From NCBI GenBank assembly GCA_000146465.1, contig CP001952.1: a DNA stretch of 64,000 nt. One strand, written 5' to 3'. The notes under the pieces were generated by a model that did not search any database, was not told where the DNA came from, and saw only the letters and a program-made list of their open reading frames with translations. Both the position numbers and the translations under genes were made by a program. Of the stretch, positions 29,640-41,034 are shown in pieces; the first letter of the stretch is position 1, and every line of letters starts with the position of its first letter.

Positions 29640-31226
29640 ATGAAGAGAGAAGAAATAGATGATAGTAACGATTGCCGCATCTACCACGATGACTTCCGCG
29701 GCGGCAGACATAGGCCCATATCTGCACCGCCAGTGGATAAGTTCTTCATTGAGGATGAAGTGGAGCTTGGGGATATACAAACAGATTTGAACTACTCTAT
29801 TTTTTACAGAAGAAATTGTAAGAACGAGCCTCGACTGCAACCACCGAGCTTTTTTATAAGGGGGCAAAGCGGATATTGGGCTAGCCAATATGATGACTTG
29901 ATAACCAAGGCGTTCTCAAACACCGGGTTTTTTGACATAAAGGTTACTGGAGAGTCCTCTGCGGAGCTGGAAAATAACAGGTCTCTTGCAGAAAGAATTG
30001 ACGAGGATTACCCGGAATCTGAGAAGAGTAGTGAGTATAAGGGCACATCAAGAGCAACAACACCCATAGGGAATATGAATGTATTAGATACCGAGGCATT
30101 TAGTGCGATGCTAAATCTCAAGGGGGGAAAAGGAACAGAAACCACTTCCCAAGGAAGCCGTCCCTCTCCTCCCGATGGGGGTATTGAAGGAATTCCTATG
30201 GACAGCAAGTTTCTGAGAGAGCTCCTAGAAGTATACGAGGAGCAAAGTGGAAGAGGAAGTAAAAACATATTTGGAGGTAATACCATGAAAGAGATATGTA
30301 TCAATGTAAGCAAAGACCAGGAGGGAAGCAGATGCATCCAAAGAAAAATGGACAGCATTTCTAGGGAGGAGATTTCATGGTTCTTCAATAATATTGTAGA
30401 AGCGGCATCGGAATTATCTGCTAATCTGTTTGGAAACTACGTCGTTCAAAAGATTATACCTCTTTTAACCGAAGGAGAGAGAACAATATTAATAACAAAG
30501 CTGGTTGGGCAAATTCATCTTCTTTCTGTTCATCCTTATGGATGCAGAGTGGTACAAAAGCTGGTGGATGTTTCTTCGGATGTTGATTTTATCCTAGAGG
30601 AGGTAAAGGGCAACTTACTAGAACTAATAGAGGATCAAAATGGAAACCATGTTATTCAGAAATGCATAGAGAAGTGTAAAGACAGGAAAATTATCCTACA
30701 ACAATTTTCCGAGAACTCTCTGTTTCTGGCCACTCACAAGTACGGGTGTAGAGTCATTCAGAGAATGCTCGAGTTCTGCAAGAAGGACGAAATCAAAGGT
30801 ATTGTGGAAGTCCTCATAGGAAACATAAAGACACTTGTTGATGACCAGTACGGGAATTATGTTATACAACATATTCTGGCAGTTGGAAAAGAAGAAGAAA
30901 GGAACCTTGTCATCGAAAGAATAATTGAAAAGAGCTATGAGCTAAGTAAATGCAAGTTCTCAAGTAACGTTGTTGAGCAATGTGTTAAGCTTTCAAACAA
31001 TGGCCAAAGAGAGCAGTTTCTGGAGAAATTCTTGGAGCCTGTAGGTGGTAAGCCTGGGATGTATTCTATGTGCACCGACATGTACGGGAACTATGTTGTG
31101 CAGCGTCTGTACGATTCCTCTGGAGAAGGAGTACGGAAAGAGATTAAGAACACACTAAGGCCTTTTGTCAAGGACCTCAAAAAATCTCCGTTTGCAAGAC
31201 ATATCCTCTTCAAAATCAACACATGA
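29640..31226 (+). CDS. Pumilio-family (PUF) RNA-binding protein
   Basis: Eight PUF repeats with canonical tripartite motifs: SRCIQRKMD, GNYVVQKII, YGCRVVQKLV, GNHVIQKCIE, YGCRVIQRMLE, GNYVIQHIL, SNVVEQCVK, GNYVVQRL. Confidence 0.9.
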   Translation: MKREEIDDSNDCRIYHDDFRGGRHRPISAPPVDKFFIEDEVELGDIQTDLNYSIFYRRNCKNEPRLQPPSFFIRGQSGYWASQYDDLITKAFSNTGFFDIKVTGESSAELENNRSLAERIDEDYPESEKSSEYKGTSRATTPIGNMNVLDTEAFSAMLNLKGGKGTETTSQGSRPSPPDGGIEGIPMDSKFLRELLEVYEEQSGRGSKNIFGGNTMKEICINVSKDQEGSRCIQRKMDSISREEISWFFNNIVEAASELSANLFGNYVVQKIIPLLTEGERTILITKLVGQIHLLSVHPYGCRVVQKLVDVSSDVDFILEEVKGNLLELIEDQNGNHVIQKCIEKCKDRKIILQQFSENSLFLATHKYGCRVIQRMLEFCKKDEIKGIVEVLIGNIKTLVDDQYGNYVIQHILAVGKEEERNLVIERIIEKSYELSKCKFSSNVVEQCVKLSNNGQREQFLEKFLEPVGGKPGMYSMCTDMYGNYVVQRLYDSSGEGVRKEIKNTLRPFVKDLKKSPFARHILFKINT

Positions 31227-31337
31227 TCGGCTTCCATGTAAAATTTTGAGAATAAAGGTAAAGGTTTAATCGGACTCTTTTTTTACCAATTCCCCTGGGA
31301 TTCAACCAAGAAAGTAAAGTTGGTATGTAGCCCTGGA

Positions 31338-32555
31338 ATGACCAAGGGTTTAAATAACAGGGATGCAATTATAGCCATGATTCTTGCGATGATGGGGACA
31401 GGGATAACCTTTATGCCATATGCATTTAAATCCGCAGGATATCTTAATGCAATATTTCTTATGATGTTCTTTGGAATGGGGACGGCCGTGTCATGCTATT
31501 GCATTTCTTATGCAGCAAAGCGTTCAGGCCAGAACCATCCCACATATTCTAGCTTAGCATCCGATATTTCTACAACACTTGGGTATGCAGTAAACATTTC
31601 CATCTTCTTCAATGGATATCTTGCAGGTGTTAATTTCTACAGATATCTATCGGATCTAATTGTTAAGAACTCATACTATATCCAAAATCTTACCGGAGAC
31701 TACGAGAAGTCTCGGAAGGCTGTTGTTCTTGCCCTTTCAATTCCATTTCTGTATCTGTCCTTCAAGAAGACACTGTCGGGCCTTGTATTTACGTCTTATC
31801 TGAGTATTGCATCTGTATTATATCTGTCGTTTCTTATGATTTATCTATTCCTTGTTGTAGGAACCTCGTCTGTGGGCGGAAAGGCAAGACCATTTAACGG
31901 ATCCTTGGAGGAAGCCGTTCCCTTTTTCATTTCCTCTATGGTGTGCCAGGCAAATATGGTCAAAATATATACGGAAATGGAGAAGAAAGGCAACAGAAAC
32001 ATTGTGATTGTGTCTCTAGGTGCTGCCGTCGGAGGAATGCTCATCAACTGTTTTATTGGACTTTTTGGATATCTCGTGTTTGGAAACGGTGTGTCTGGGG
32101 AAATTATAACAGAGCTCTCTGATATGGACAGCCCAATCAACAAACGTCTCAGGGAAGGCTGGGATAAGAATAACATCATGTCTGGAATGGCAATCTATGG
32201 AATAATGATTACATTGTTTGGAGGGTATCCAGTTCAAGTCAATCCAGTCGGAGATATGATATTCAAGCTCCTTCCTTTGGAAAGGCGAACAGAACCCAAC
32301 AGAAAGGCAATGGTTGTCTTACTGTGGTTTGTAGCCGTACTTCTGAACCTTATGAAAGAGCTTAAGACAAAGATAATTAAGAAATTTCTTGGAGCTACGT
32401 TTTCCAATTCTGTGGCATTTGTATATCCGTTTATATACTACTTGTCGATGAGAAAAACCAGATCTCTTGTGCCAACAATGGTATGTTGTTTTATGATAAT
32501 AATGAGTATCGTAGTAAGCATCTATACTGTCTTTAGGTTTTCTCTAGGTGGCTGA
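31338..32555 (+). CDS. amino-acid/auxin permease (AAAP, Aa_trans) family transporter
   Basis: About 11 TM helices with a fold pattern typical of Aa_trans. The track start is TTG; the first ATG is used. Confidence 0.55.
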   Translation: MTKGLNNRDAIIAMILAMMGTGITFMPYAFKSAGYLNAIFLMMFFGMGTAVSCYCISYAAKRSGQNHPTYSSLASDISTTLGYAVNISIFFNGYLAGVNFYRYLSDLIVKNSYYIQNLTGDYEKSRKAVVLALSIPFLYLSFKKTLSGLVFTSYLSIASVLYLSFLMIYLFLVVGTSSVGGKARPFNGSLEEAVPFFISSMVCQANMVKIYTEMEKKGNRNIVIVSLGAAVGGMLINCFIGLFGYLVFGNGVSGEIITELSDMDSPINKRLREGWDKNNIMSGMAIYGIMITLFGGYPVQVNPVGDMIFKLLPLERRTEPNRKAMVVLLWFVAVLLNLMKELKTKIIKKFLGATFSNSVAFVYPFIYYLSMRKTRSLVPTMVCCFMIIMSIVVSIYTVFRFSLGG

Positions 32556-32593
32556 ATATAGATCAATAAAGCTTTATTTAGCAACAAGTAGGT

Positions 32594-34264
32594 CTAGCTT
32601 ATAAAGGGACCTGCACACGATATTATGTTTCTATATCCAAACTTGGCACATAGAAGCGGTGTACTCTTGGTATAATATGTTCCTAAGCAACTTCCTTTGT
32701 GATCGGTTCTATCCCAAAGTCTGACGCTATTGTCTGCACCACAGGATGCAATTACACTTCCATAGAAGCAGAAGGACACAGAAAATACTGTATTTTCATG
32801 GCCTGCATACTTTCCTAGGAGCTTCGAGCTTTGAATGTCCCAAAGAAGAACCGTCCTATCTTTACTCCCACTGACCAGAAATTTACCGCAATGGGAAACA
32901 TCCATACATGTCACCGTGTCTGTGTGACCACAGAAAATTCTTACAACAGATGCCGTACTTATGTCATGCATCCTTATTCTGTGGTCGGAAGACCCTGTAA
33001 ATAAATAGTTCGAGTTCGGATGGAACTTTACTGCAGTCACATCGCTTAGAGATGAGATTATAAGCCTTTCAGGCTTGGATGTCGCAACAGACCATATAAT
33101 GGCTTGCCTGTCTCCTGCTCCGCTTGCAAAAAAGTAATCATTGGGAGCTGCATCCACACACCAGACTGGAAATGCATGTGCCTTGTAAACAGCAAGTAAG
33201 CACAAAAGATCAAGGCTCCATAAACATACTGTGCAGTCTTGGGAGCCTGAAACGAGAAACTTGTTGGAAGAGAAGAACTTCAGTCCATACACTGGCCCAG
33301 AGTGTCCAATAAGCTTGTAGCTGTTTCCAACCTCCTCAAATTTCTCTTCGTTTAGAGTCTTGATATCCGACTTCGCAAGTTCAGAGCTGCTTTTGAGTTT
33401 CTTCAAGGGCTCATTGGTTAGCGAATATACTTCTATGTAACTGTCTTTAAATCCACATGCTAATAGTTTTAGGTCGTTGCTGATCTCCGCCGCCGTTAGA
33501 CCTTCGTAGGTGTTATGTATCGTATAACAGCAGATGCTAGGAAGGTTGTTTTTGTTCACGGCAACTCTCTTGCACAGGTCTTTCAGCTTCTCAATTTCCG
33601 CATGAATCTGCGATGCATTGGGCTTGTAAGCTGAATCCTTTGGTTTCATCTCCCTCTGTTTTCGGAGCTGCAGCACATATGTTTCAAGATGGTCGTACCT
33701 GTATTGCTCGTCTCCAAGTATGGCATCTTCACACTCCTTTGAAACCAGAAAAGTGGTTAGGTCGATTTCGGCATCAACAACACTTGTCTCAATTCCCTGA
33801 GGCCTGTCCTCGCTCTTAGGTCCAATATACACCTTAATATCCAGGTGTTGGTTAAGTATCTTGAGTATGTATGTCAGATTCCTTTCTTCAAGGAAGTTTA
33901 TAAGAAGGTCAAATGCATATCTTCCCATCGAAAGATGGTACTTAGAACTCTTGAAGGTGTAGGCAAAGTTGTTCTCATGGATGTGTTGCACCGTATAGAT
34001 GCTTTCAAATTGTTTGATCTCTTCAGACTTGTTGTAATGGTCATCTCTGTACTTCTCAAAGAACTCTTTTGCTTCGTTGGTCTTGTTCTGTTGTATTAAA
34101 TCGAAGTAGATGTGAATAAACAGAGGATACAAAAGAGGGAGGAGATCATTCTTGAATAAGTCAAGAGAGTCTTCAATCCATGTTTTAAGGCTAACATAAG
34201 ATGTCTCCATTTGATCTTTGGACAAGGTCTTGCTTGAAGTGCTTTCTCTAATGCTCTCAGACAT
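32594..34264 (-). CDS. TAF5: TFIID subunit TAF5 (NTD2 plus WD40)
   Basis: The N-terminal TAF5 NTD2 (LLYPLFIHIYFDLIQQNKTNEAKEFFEKYRDDH) is followed by WD40 repeats (GHSGPVYGLKF..., HTDTVTCMDVS...). Confidence 0.8.
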   Translation of the reverse strand: MSESIRESTSSKTLSKDQMETSYVSLKTWIEDSLDLFKNDLLPLLYPLFIHIYFDLIQQNKTNEAKEFFEKYRDDHYNKSEEIKQFESIYTVQHIHENNFAYTFKSSKYHLSMGRYAFDLLINFLEERNLTYILKILNQHLDIKVYIGPKSEDRPQGIETSVVDAEIDLTTFLVSKECEDAILGDEQYRYDHLETYVLQLRKQREMKPKDSAYKPNASQIHAEIEKLKDLCKRVAVNKNNLPSICCYTIHNTYEGLTAAEISNDLKLLACGFKDSYIEVYSLTNEPLKKLKSSSELAKSDIKTLNEEKFEEVGNSYKLIGHSGPVYGLKFFSSNKFLVSGSQDCTVCLWSLDLLCLLAVYKAHAFPVWCVDAAPNDYFFASGAGDRQAIIWSVATSKPERLIISSLSDVTAVKFHPNSNYLFTGSSDHRIRMHDISTASVVRIFCGHTDTVTCMDVSHCGKFLVSGSKDRTVLLWDIQSSKLLGKYAGHENTVFSVSFCFYGSVIASCGADNSVRLWDRTDHKGSCLGTYYTKSTPLLCAKFGYRNIISCAGPFIS

Positions 34265-34452
34265 ACCAGGGCTTTGACTTGAAAATTTTAGCTTCCGTTA
34301 CTATAACAGAAGAAGAGGCTGAAAAAAGCTTCAATGAACAACACTTCTCTAGAGTGAAAAAATAGAATATAAGCATTAGTGAATATCTCTAAATTTCATT
34401 TATTTGTTTAGGAAATTATATGCTTGAGCTTGGCGATTATGATGAATTCAAG

Positions 34453-34872
34453 TCATGGTGTATAAGGTGGTGGAGGTCCATACGTATAACTCGGCTGAGG
34501 AGTTGCATCCGGACCGAACAAACTACTATAAGATGGCGGCGGTGGAAAGTCTGCGGGTGGATTTCCTTCGAATTGGAAAGGGGGTCTAGGGAATGAATGG
34601 GGACCTCCCGAAGACGATATCAGAGTAGGAGAATCTGCTCCTAACTCATTTTGCGAAGAGTCTTTAAACACTTTGTAAAAATAAATAACTGCTACTACTA
34701 TAACAATAATTGCAATCAAGACTAGCAAATCAATAGTTACTTCGTAAATTGATGGGATATGTTCCTTATTTTTATTGGCTCTCGAACTGTTCAGTATTGT
34801 AAGATGTTTCAATGTTTTTTTCTTCTTTTTCCTATTTCCATCGAGATGTTGAACTTTTGAAGTATTTTCCAT
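34453..34872 (-). CDS. single-pass membrane protein with C-terminal PY motifs (PPPY/PPxSY)
   Basis: Basic N-terminus (KKKKK), one TM helix (LLVLIAIIVIVVAVIYFY), then a Pro-rich tail with PPPPSY and PPPPY. Confidence 0.45.
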   Translation of the reverse strand: MENTSKVQHLDGNRKKKKKTLKHLTILNSSRANKNKEHIPSIYEVTIDLLVLIAIIVIVVAVIYFYKVFKDSSQNELGADSPTLISSSGGPHSFPRPPFQFEGNPPADFPPPPSYSSLFGPDATPQPSYTYGPPPPYTP

Positions 34873-34949
34873 GGATTAAGCACAATTGAAATTTTTAGAA
34901 TGGGTTTTTAAAAGGGAAAAGATTGTTAATTGGTTATGGTTCCAAAAAT

Positions 34950-36563
34950 TTAATTATCAATTCCATCAAAAAAGTCAACAATGATGGAATATGCTTTGTC
35001 CGAAACAGTTCTGTCGCTACTGTCCTGCAGCCCTTCTATTGCGTCGACTATATCTGCCTCAACAATCTTCTCATATATGGGATTCTTACCGTATCGGAGC
35101 TCCCACTGTCTTCCTCCATTCAAGGCGTATCTAAAGCAATCAAGTATTTGGCATTGCATTTCAGGAACATTTGGAACTACATCTAAATAGCTTTGCAGGG
35201 CATCAATGAAGCTATTGTCCATAAGAGTCTTAAGCCATTCAAACTTCGTGTCAGAACTACTAGGGAGATTGTTACAATGATACATTAAGTTCAAAACTGC
35301 CCAGCAAGCTTCCTTTCTTATAAACAGCTCGTAGGACGACATCGAGTCAATGAGAAGAGGAACAAGATCCGCATCTACAACGGATTTTGCATGCTCTGCA
35401 GTTCCAGCCGTGATGTTCGAAAGTGTCCAACATATCTCCTTCCTTAGTCTTGGCTGCTTTTTGTTCTCCAGTCTGTAGAATATAGGTCTGAAGAATTTCA
35501 TAAACCCCATTTGTATCAGAGCACTTGTCTGGTCATCGGAGCCTGTTACTATGTTTCCTATCATCCTTATTATTGGAGAAATTGCGCACAGGCATATCTT
35601 TGCGTCTTCCGACGAGTAAGATATTCCGATCAGTCGATTGGTAAGAGCTTCCAGGAGAGAATATGTTCTACTCATTGTTCCACTTCCAATCACTATGTCT
35701 CCACACTCCATGCTCACATCTACAATGTAACTAAGAGCCCAATAGGCATCACTAACAACCTCTGGATCTCTTATGTTAATTAGCTTGAAAAGGACCTCCA
35801 ATGACTTTTTCATGTTCTGTTCATTTGGCGGTGGATTTCTCCCTCTGTTGAGATTCGAAAGGAGCCAGGTAAGATTTCTAACTATTTTTATGTGAATCAC
35901 GCTTTCATGGAGTTTTTGAAGCAGTCCGAGAACAGTATCGATGGCTCCTGTTTCAAGTATTATATCTCTCATCCCCTCTGAATCTCCGGCAATGTTTCCC
36001 AAGGCCCATACACTTTGATCCAGAACTGCGTCATTTGTGTCCAGAAGCATCTGGATCAGAAGAGGGACTGCCCCGCAATCTATAACTACTTTTGTTTGCT
36101 GAGTGGATCCCGATGAGATATTTGTTATGACCCACGCAGCCTCTACCCTAATTTTATTTATTATATCCATAGCAACACCAAACTCAGGCATATCCTGCTG
36201 TATCCTGGAGATTGGGATTCCGCTCATTGTCATTTCGGATGACATTAAAAAGGATATATTCATAAGCTCTATAAACCTGGGAACACATCCAGAGTCTATG
36301 ACTGGTTGAATCGGGGGAGAATCTTCTACACTCAGCAATGACCTGAACTCATAAACACCCTGATGAGCTTGCTCTAGATCGTTACTAAATAGCTTTTCCT
36401 TCATAGGGATGAAATTGGAAATGGTTGATGCAGAAATGGAAAGATTTCTTTTCTTGTTCAAAAGCTCCTCTTTTTTTTGCTGTCGAAGCTCAACCTGCTG
36501 CTCCTCCCTCATTTTTCTTCTGTTTTCTGTTGTTTTACTATCAAACATATAGGACCTGGCCAT
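34950..36563 (-). CDS. SRP1: importin-alpha (karyopherin alpha)
   Basis: IBB domain (ENRRKMREEQQVELRQQKKEELLNKKRN) plus ARM repeats. The track ORF extends to ATG 36659, adding 32 non-conserved residues. The start is placed at MARSY (36563), which matches Srp1 spacing. Either start is possible. Confidence 0.8.
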   Translation of the reverse strand: MARSYMFDSKTTENRRKMREEQQVELRQQKKEELLNKKRNLSISASTISNFIPMKEKLFSNDLEQAHQGVYEFRSLLSVEDSPPIQPVIDSGCVPRFIELMNISFLMSSEMTMSGIPISRIQQDMPEFGVAMDIINKIRVEAAWVITNISSGSTQQTKVVIDCGAVPLLIQMLLDTNDAVLDQSVWALGNIAGDSEGMRDIILETGAIDTVLGLLQKLHESVIHIKIVRNLTWLLSNLNRGRNPPPNEQNMKKSLEVLFKLINIRDPEVVSDAYWALSYIVDVSMECGDIVIGSGTMSRTYSLLEALTNRLIGISYSSEDAKICLCAISPIIRMIGNIVTGSDDQTSALIQMGFMKFFRPIFYRLENKKQPRLRKEICWTLSNITAGTAEHAKSVVDADLVPLLIDSMSSYELFIRKEACWAVLNLMYHCNNLPSSSDTKFEWLKTLMDNSFIDALQSYLDVVPNVPEMQCQILDCFRYALNGGRQWELRYGKNPIYEKIVEADIVDAIEGLQDSSDRTVSDKAYSIIVDFFDGIDN

Positions 36564-36706
36564 TTCGATGGGTTCAAAATTTACTCGCCTAAACACGTTT
36601 CTATGAAAGGAAGAGACAAAAGATGGTTGATAAAGGATCTCCGCAAAATAGAAACCCATAAGAATGTATTTCCAAAATAAAACAATTCCTTTCCACCCTA
36701 GCCATC

Positions 36707-38002
36707 ATGGCAGGAATCTTGAAGAGTCTTGCAGGGCAGTCTCCTTCTCTCAAGCCTGCTCTTCCACCACAAATCCCTCCCGGCAATCTGGTTCAGAAGA
36801 GAATATTTTTTGATGCCCAATCGACTACTCCTGTCGATCCAAGAGTTCTTGATGCAATGCTCCCATTCTACACAACGGTGTTTGGAAATCCTCATTCAAG
36901 AACACATCAATACGGATGGCAAGCCGAAGCTGCAGTAGAGAAGGCCCGATCTCAAGTGGCTTCTCTCATCGGATGTGATCCGAAAGAAATAATATTTACC
37001 AGTGGAGCAACAGAAAGCAACAACTTGGCGCTTAAGGGTGTTGCTAGCTTTAAGCTCAAGGAAGGAAAACCTGTTCATATAATAACAGTTCAGACCGAAC
37101 ACAAGTGTATTCTTGATACATGCAGGAACCTAGAAGAAGATGGTGTGGAGGTTACATATCTCCCTGTTGGAAAGGATGGGATAGTTGATATTGAAGACAT
37201 TAGAAGGAATATAAAAGACAATACAGTCCTTGTATCTATAGGAGCAGTAAACAGCGAAATAGGAACAATACAACCTCTCAAGGAAATAGGAAGGCTGTGC
37301 AAGGAAAAAAAGGTCCTTTTCCACACAGATGCAGCACAGGGGGCTGGAAAGATTAAAATCGATGTTAATGAAATGAACATAGATCTCCTAAGTATGTGTG
37401 CTCATAAAATCTATGGTCCCAAGGGAATAGGGGCTTTGTATGTCAGGCGACGGCCTCGAGTCCGAATGATGCCAATAATTAACGGAGGAGGGCAAGAAAG
37501 AGGACTTCGGAGCGGGACTGTTGCATCTCCTTTGGTTGTAGGGTTTGGAAAAGCTGCAGAGATATGCTCCAAAGAAATGAAAAGAGATTTTGAATACATT
37601 AAGAAGCTTTCAAATAAGTTAAAAAGCATGTTTAAGAAGAACATTGAGGGAGTGATCATCAATGGGTCTTCGGAAGGAAACCCTGGATGTGTGAATGTAT
37701 CGTTTCCATTTGTTGAAGGAGAAAGCCTTCTGATGTATCTGAAGGACATTGCACTCAGCAGTGGAAGCGCCTGTACATCGGCCTCTTTGGAACCATCTTA
37801 TGTACTGAGAGCACTTGGCAGAGATGATGAACTTGCACATTCTTCAATAAGATTTGGAATCGGGAGATTCACCATACCCGAGGAGATCGATATAGTAGCA
37901 AGCAAGACTGTTGAAGCTGTCAAAAAGTTGAGAGAAATGTCTCCTCTTTACGAGATGGTCAAGGAGGGAATAGATCTAAGCAAAATCAATTGGGCTACAT
38001 GA
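36707..38002 (+). CDS. NFS1: cysteine desulfurase Nfs1 (IscS family)
   Basis: [34 protein letters not shown], the PLP-Lys motif ([12 protein letters not shown]) and the SGSACTS active-site Cys loop. Confidence 0.95.
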   Translation: MAGILKSLAGQSPSLKPALPPQIPPGNLVQKRIFFDAQSTTPVDPRVLDAMLPFYTTVFGNPHSRTHQYGWQAEAAVEKARSQVASLIGCDPKEIIFTSGATESNNLALKGVASFKLKEGKPVHIITVQTEHKCILDTCRNLEEDGVEVTYLPVGKDGIVDIEDIRRNIKDNTVLVSIGAVNSEIGTIQPLKEIGRLCKEKKVLFHTDAAQGAGKIKIDVNEMNIDLLSMCAHKIYGPKGIGALYVRRRPRVRMMPIINGGGQERGLRSGTVASPLVVGFGKAAEICSKEMKRDFEYIKKLSNKLKSMFKKNIEGVIINGSSEGNPGCVNVSFPFVEGESLLMYLKDIALSSGSACTSASLEPSYVLRALGRDDELAHSSIRFGIGRFTIPEEIDIVASKTVEAVKKLREMSPLYEMVKEGIDLSKINWAT

Positions 38003-38189
38003 TATTAAATCTAATCAAAGATATCACTCCTTTTTAATTTATAAAGTATAGTTAGAGACTATTAGAACCCTTTATGTATTTGATAAACTTAATAATCTTA
38101 AACGGCCATGAAAAAGCCAATAAGGCCTAAATGAATATAACATTATTGGTTCATTTTGATACAAAAAACTATATAATCAAGAAAAAATT

Positions 38190-39215
38190 ATGTGCTTTAT
38201 TATGGGATATATTAATATGAATAGCAGTAGCCTTATTAAGCCATATGATGGGGTTGAGCTTAATGAGTCGGGGAAAAAGTATAAGAAAATAGGGGAAGAC
38301 ATGCTTAAGCAAAAGAAGCTGGGTGTGGTGATAATGAGCGGAGGGCAAGGAACCAGGCTCGGCTCAGATGCTCCAAAAGGATTGTTCAAGATAAAGGGTA
38401 AGACTCTTTTTGAGTGGCATATGGAGACAATAAAGGAGCTTATAAGCAAGTACAGTGCAGATATAACTGTATTTGTCATGACGTCTTCATTTACAGATGA
38501 AGCAGTTAGAAATTACTTTCAGAAAGAGAAAGGGAACTTCGGCCTAAAGATTTATTTCTTCAAGCAGAAAAATTCCTTATGTGTGGGAACAGATGGAAAG
38601 CCTCTAGAACTCTACGATGGATATGCTGAATCTCCATATGGGAACGGAGATATATTCAAGGCAATACAGCAAGTCAATTTTGAAGAGGTAGAGGTCTTGA
38701 ATGTTATCTCCATAGATAACATCCTTGCAAGGATTCTTGATCCTGTGTTTGTTGGGGCATTTTACAGCGGAGATTACGACATTCTGAGCAAGTCTGTGAC
38801 CAAGGAAGAGAAGGAAAGCGTTGGGGCATTTTTAATGAAGGAGAAACTTATAATCAAGGAGTATGGTGAGAACGACGCGAATGGACAAGGAATACAAGGT
38901 AACATCTGTAACCATCTGTTCAGAACATCATTCATAAAAAAAATGAAGAATGTGGATCTTCCTGAGCACAAGGCATTCAAAAAAATCCCATACACTGAAA
39001 ATGGAAAGCTTATAAAACCGGAAAAGCCTAACGGATTCAAGAAGGAGACATTCATATTTGATAGCTTTGAATACACAGAAAAGAACGGTGTGATGAACGT
39101 TCCTAGAGAGAAAGAGTTTTCTCCATTAAAGAATGGAATGGACTCAACCGTGGACAACCCATTGACATGTGCCTTGGCAGTTGAGAAGCATAGAATTCAA
39201 ACTTCCATACAATAA
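38190..39215 (+). CDS. UAP1: UDP-N-acetylglucosamine pyrophosphorylase (UAP1/QRI1)
   Basis: LGVVIMSGGQGTRLGSDAPKGLF matches the nucleotidyltransferase signature. Confidence 0.85.
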   Translation: MCFIMGYINMNSSSLIKPYDGVELNESGKKYKKIGEDMLKQKKLGVVIMSGGQGTRLGSDAPKGLFKIKGKTLFEWHMETIKELISKYSADITVFVMTSSFTDEAVRNYFQKEKGNFGLKIYFFKQKNSLCVGTDGKPLELYDGYAESPYGNGDIFKAIQQVNFEEVEVLNVISIDNILARILDPVFVGAFYSGDYDILSKSVTKEEKESVGAFLMKEKLIIKEYGENDANGQGIQGNICNHLFRTSFIKKMKNVDLPEHKAFKKIPYTENGKLIKPEKPNGFKKETFIFDSFEYTEKNGVMNVPREKEFSPLKNGMDSTVDNPLTCALAVEKHRIQTSIQ

Positions 39216-39319
39216 ACCCTAACTTAAATGGTCTCCTGTAAGGAACTCCAAAGTTAATATTAATTAAGGTCTTCTACCTGATAGAAAAATTCTCGAACAA
39301 GAAAAGTCATTGTTAATCA

Positions 39320-40912
39320 CTAAAACAGACTTCCGTTGAACTCTGGTTTATAAAGAATGGGCCCAACCCATTCCCAAGCCTTCCTACCTTCAACACAAGA
39401 CTCTCTTATGTTGGAGTTTTTGAAAATGATATCTTCAACCTCCTTCCATATCTTTTTATCAACCCCGAAGCAATCTCTAAGCTGTTCTATATATACATAA
39501 CTAGGGAAACTCGTATTCTTTGTAGACACATATATTTGTCTCACTAGGACATCTGCAATGTCCTTTACTATTTTCCGTGCTGTCTGTAACCTTTCTTGCT
39601 TTTTCCTCCTAAACATTCTAATTACCCTGATTACAACCACTACGATTGATAGTGGAATGGATATCATGAGTATTCTTTTGAAGTAATATCTAAAAAAAGT
39701 CTTCACAGACACTCTTGAATTTACGGAATAGATCATTTCATTGGAGATAATTATCCCAACTTCTTTTTTCAGTCTTTCTATTACTTCCGAGTCCTTAGTC
39801 AAGAGCTCAATTGGAATAGATTTGGTAGGAGCCATTCTATACATGAAATCTCCACTCCTCCTCTCTAATATTTTTCTTAGTTCTTTTACCTTTTTTTCCA
39901 TTTTCTTCTCCCGTCGGTCGTCTTTTATGCAGTAATCTTTGAAAATCCCATGCCTGACCATAAAGCCCTTGTCACATACTAATCTTCCATCTACAATTCT
40001 GGAGTGCCTTGGAGGGGGAATGCAAGGGAGTTTATCTCCCGAACAGTACGGACACACAAACCTAAAGTATATACCAACTGAAACCATAATCATTAAAAGA
40101 GTTGCAAAACACCACTTTCCTTTCCTTCTTTGTGGTCTAGGCCTACTAATATTAATCCTTGTAGAGTTGCTGGACATCGACCTGGGAGAAGAATGCTTGG
40201 ATTGAAAATCAGGTTTGTCCAGGGTTGGATCTGAAGTGAATGCTCTTTTCTTCATTTTTATATTACCAGTTTCTTTCTCGCTTCTTCTGGAAAGAGACGA
40301 ACGTTCTTCAGAAGACGAAAGGATGAAAGATGACGAGAGCGAAGAACCTGAGAAATCAACTGTTGAGTTGTTAAACATGGTTGATCCAGGAGTTTGGTTT
40401 GAGGGATCTTGTTCTTCTGTTTCTTTTAAGGTATCTTTCTTTTCCTGGATAGGGGCATCTCCTGAAAAGCTAAAATCCCTTAAAGAGAAGTTTCTTGAGG
40501 GTGTTTCCTTAGAAGCTCTCTCTCCTTTTTTAGGAGTCCCTGGACTAGATGATGTTCCACGAGACTTCCTATTTGGGATTCCGTCTTTATTATTCGTTTC
40601 TGGAACATCCGGAACTTCTGTAAAGCCATATTTCTTTCTTGGAGACGCATTCTGGAACGAATTTTCCAAGGAGATGTTCTTCTTCCTACTTATCAACACA
40701 TCAATGCGATCATGAATGTTCTCTTTATATGCTCTCAGTAGCTCCGACTTTTTGGATGTTGCAGGGGGAATAGGCTCAATTCCGTTCTCATACATAATTT
40801 TACGCAGCTGAGTCTTTGTTAGTTTGGTATAGTCGAAATCCTTGTTCAGGTAGTCCTCTAACACTGTGTCCTTCGACATCTTTCTAAGGGTAGTACAAAT
40901 TTTATTTATCAT
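39320..40912 (-). CDS. inner nuclear membrane protein with N-terminal HeH/LEM-like domain (Src1/Heh2-like)
   Basis: The N-terminal helix-extension-helix is TKLTKTQLRKIMYENGIEPIPPATSKKSELLRAYKE. An S/T/P-rich linker follows, then TM helices and a C-terminal MSC-like region. Confidence 0.55.
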   Translation of the reverse strand: MINKICTTLRKMSKDTVLEDYLNKDFDYTKLTKTQLRKIMYENGIEPIPPATSKKSELLRAYKENIHDRIDVLISRKKNISLENSFQNASPRKKYGFTEVPDVPETNNKDGIPNRKSRGTSSSPGTPKKGERASKETPSRNFSLRDFSFSGDAPIQEKKDTLKETEEQDPSNQTPGSTMFNNSTVDFSGSSLSSSFILSSSEERSSLSRRSEKETGNIKMKKRAFTSDPTLDKPDFQSKHSSPRSMSSNSTRINISRPRPQRRKGKWCFATLLMIMVSVGIYFRFVCPYCSGDKLPCIPPPRHSRIVDGRLVCDKGFMVRHGIFKDYCIKDDRREKKMEKKVKELRKILERRSGDFMYRMAPTKSIPIELLTKDSEVIERLKKEVGIIISNEMIYSVNSRVSVKTFFRYYFKRILMISIPLSIVVVVIRVIRMFRRKKQERLQTARKIVKDIADVLVRQIYVSTKNTSFPSYVYIEQLRDCFGVDKKIWKEVEDIIFKNSNIRESCVEGRKAWEWVGPILYKPEFNGSLF

Positions 40913-41034
40913 GGAGGACTTCCGAGTATAAGTCGAGTTTGTCTGAGGGAGTAAATGCCTTCTTCCTTTCTAAACCTCTGTTTGGAATTTTACACACTTG
41001 TTGATTTATTTAATCTTTTGGCCCAAAGGTCTCT

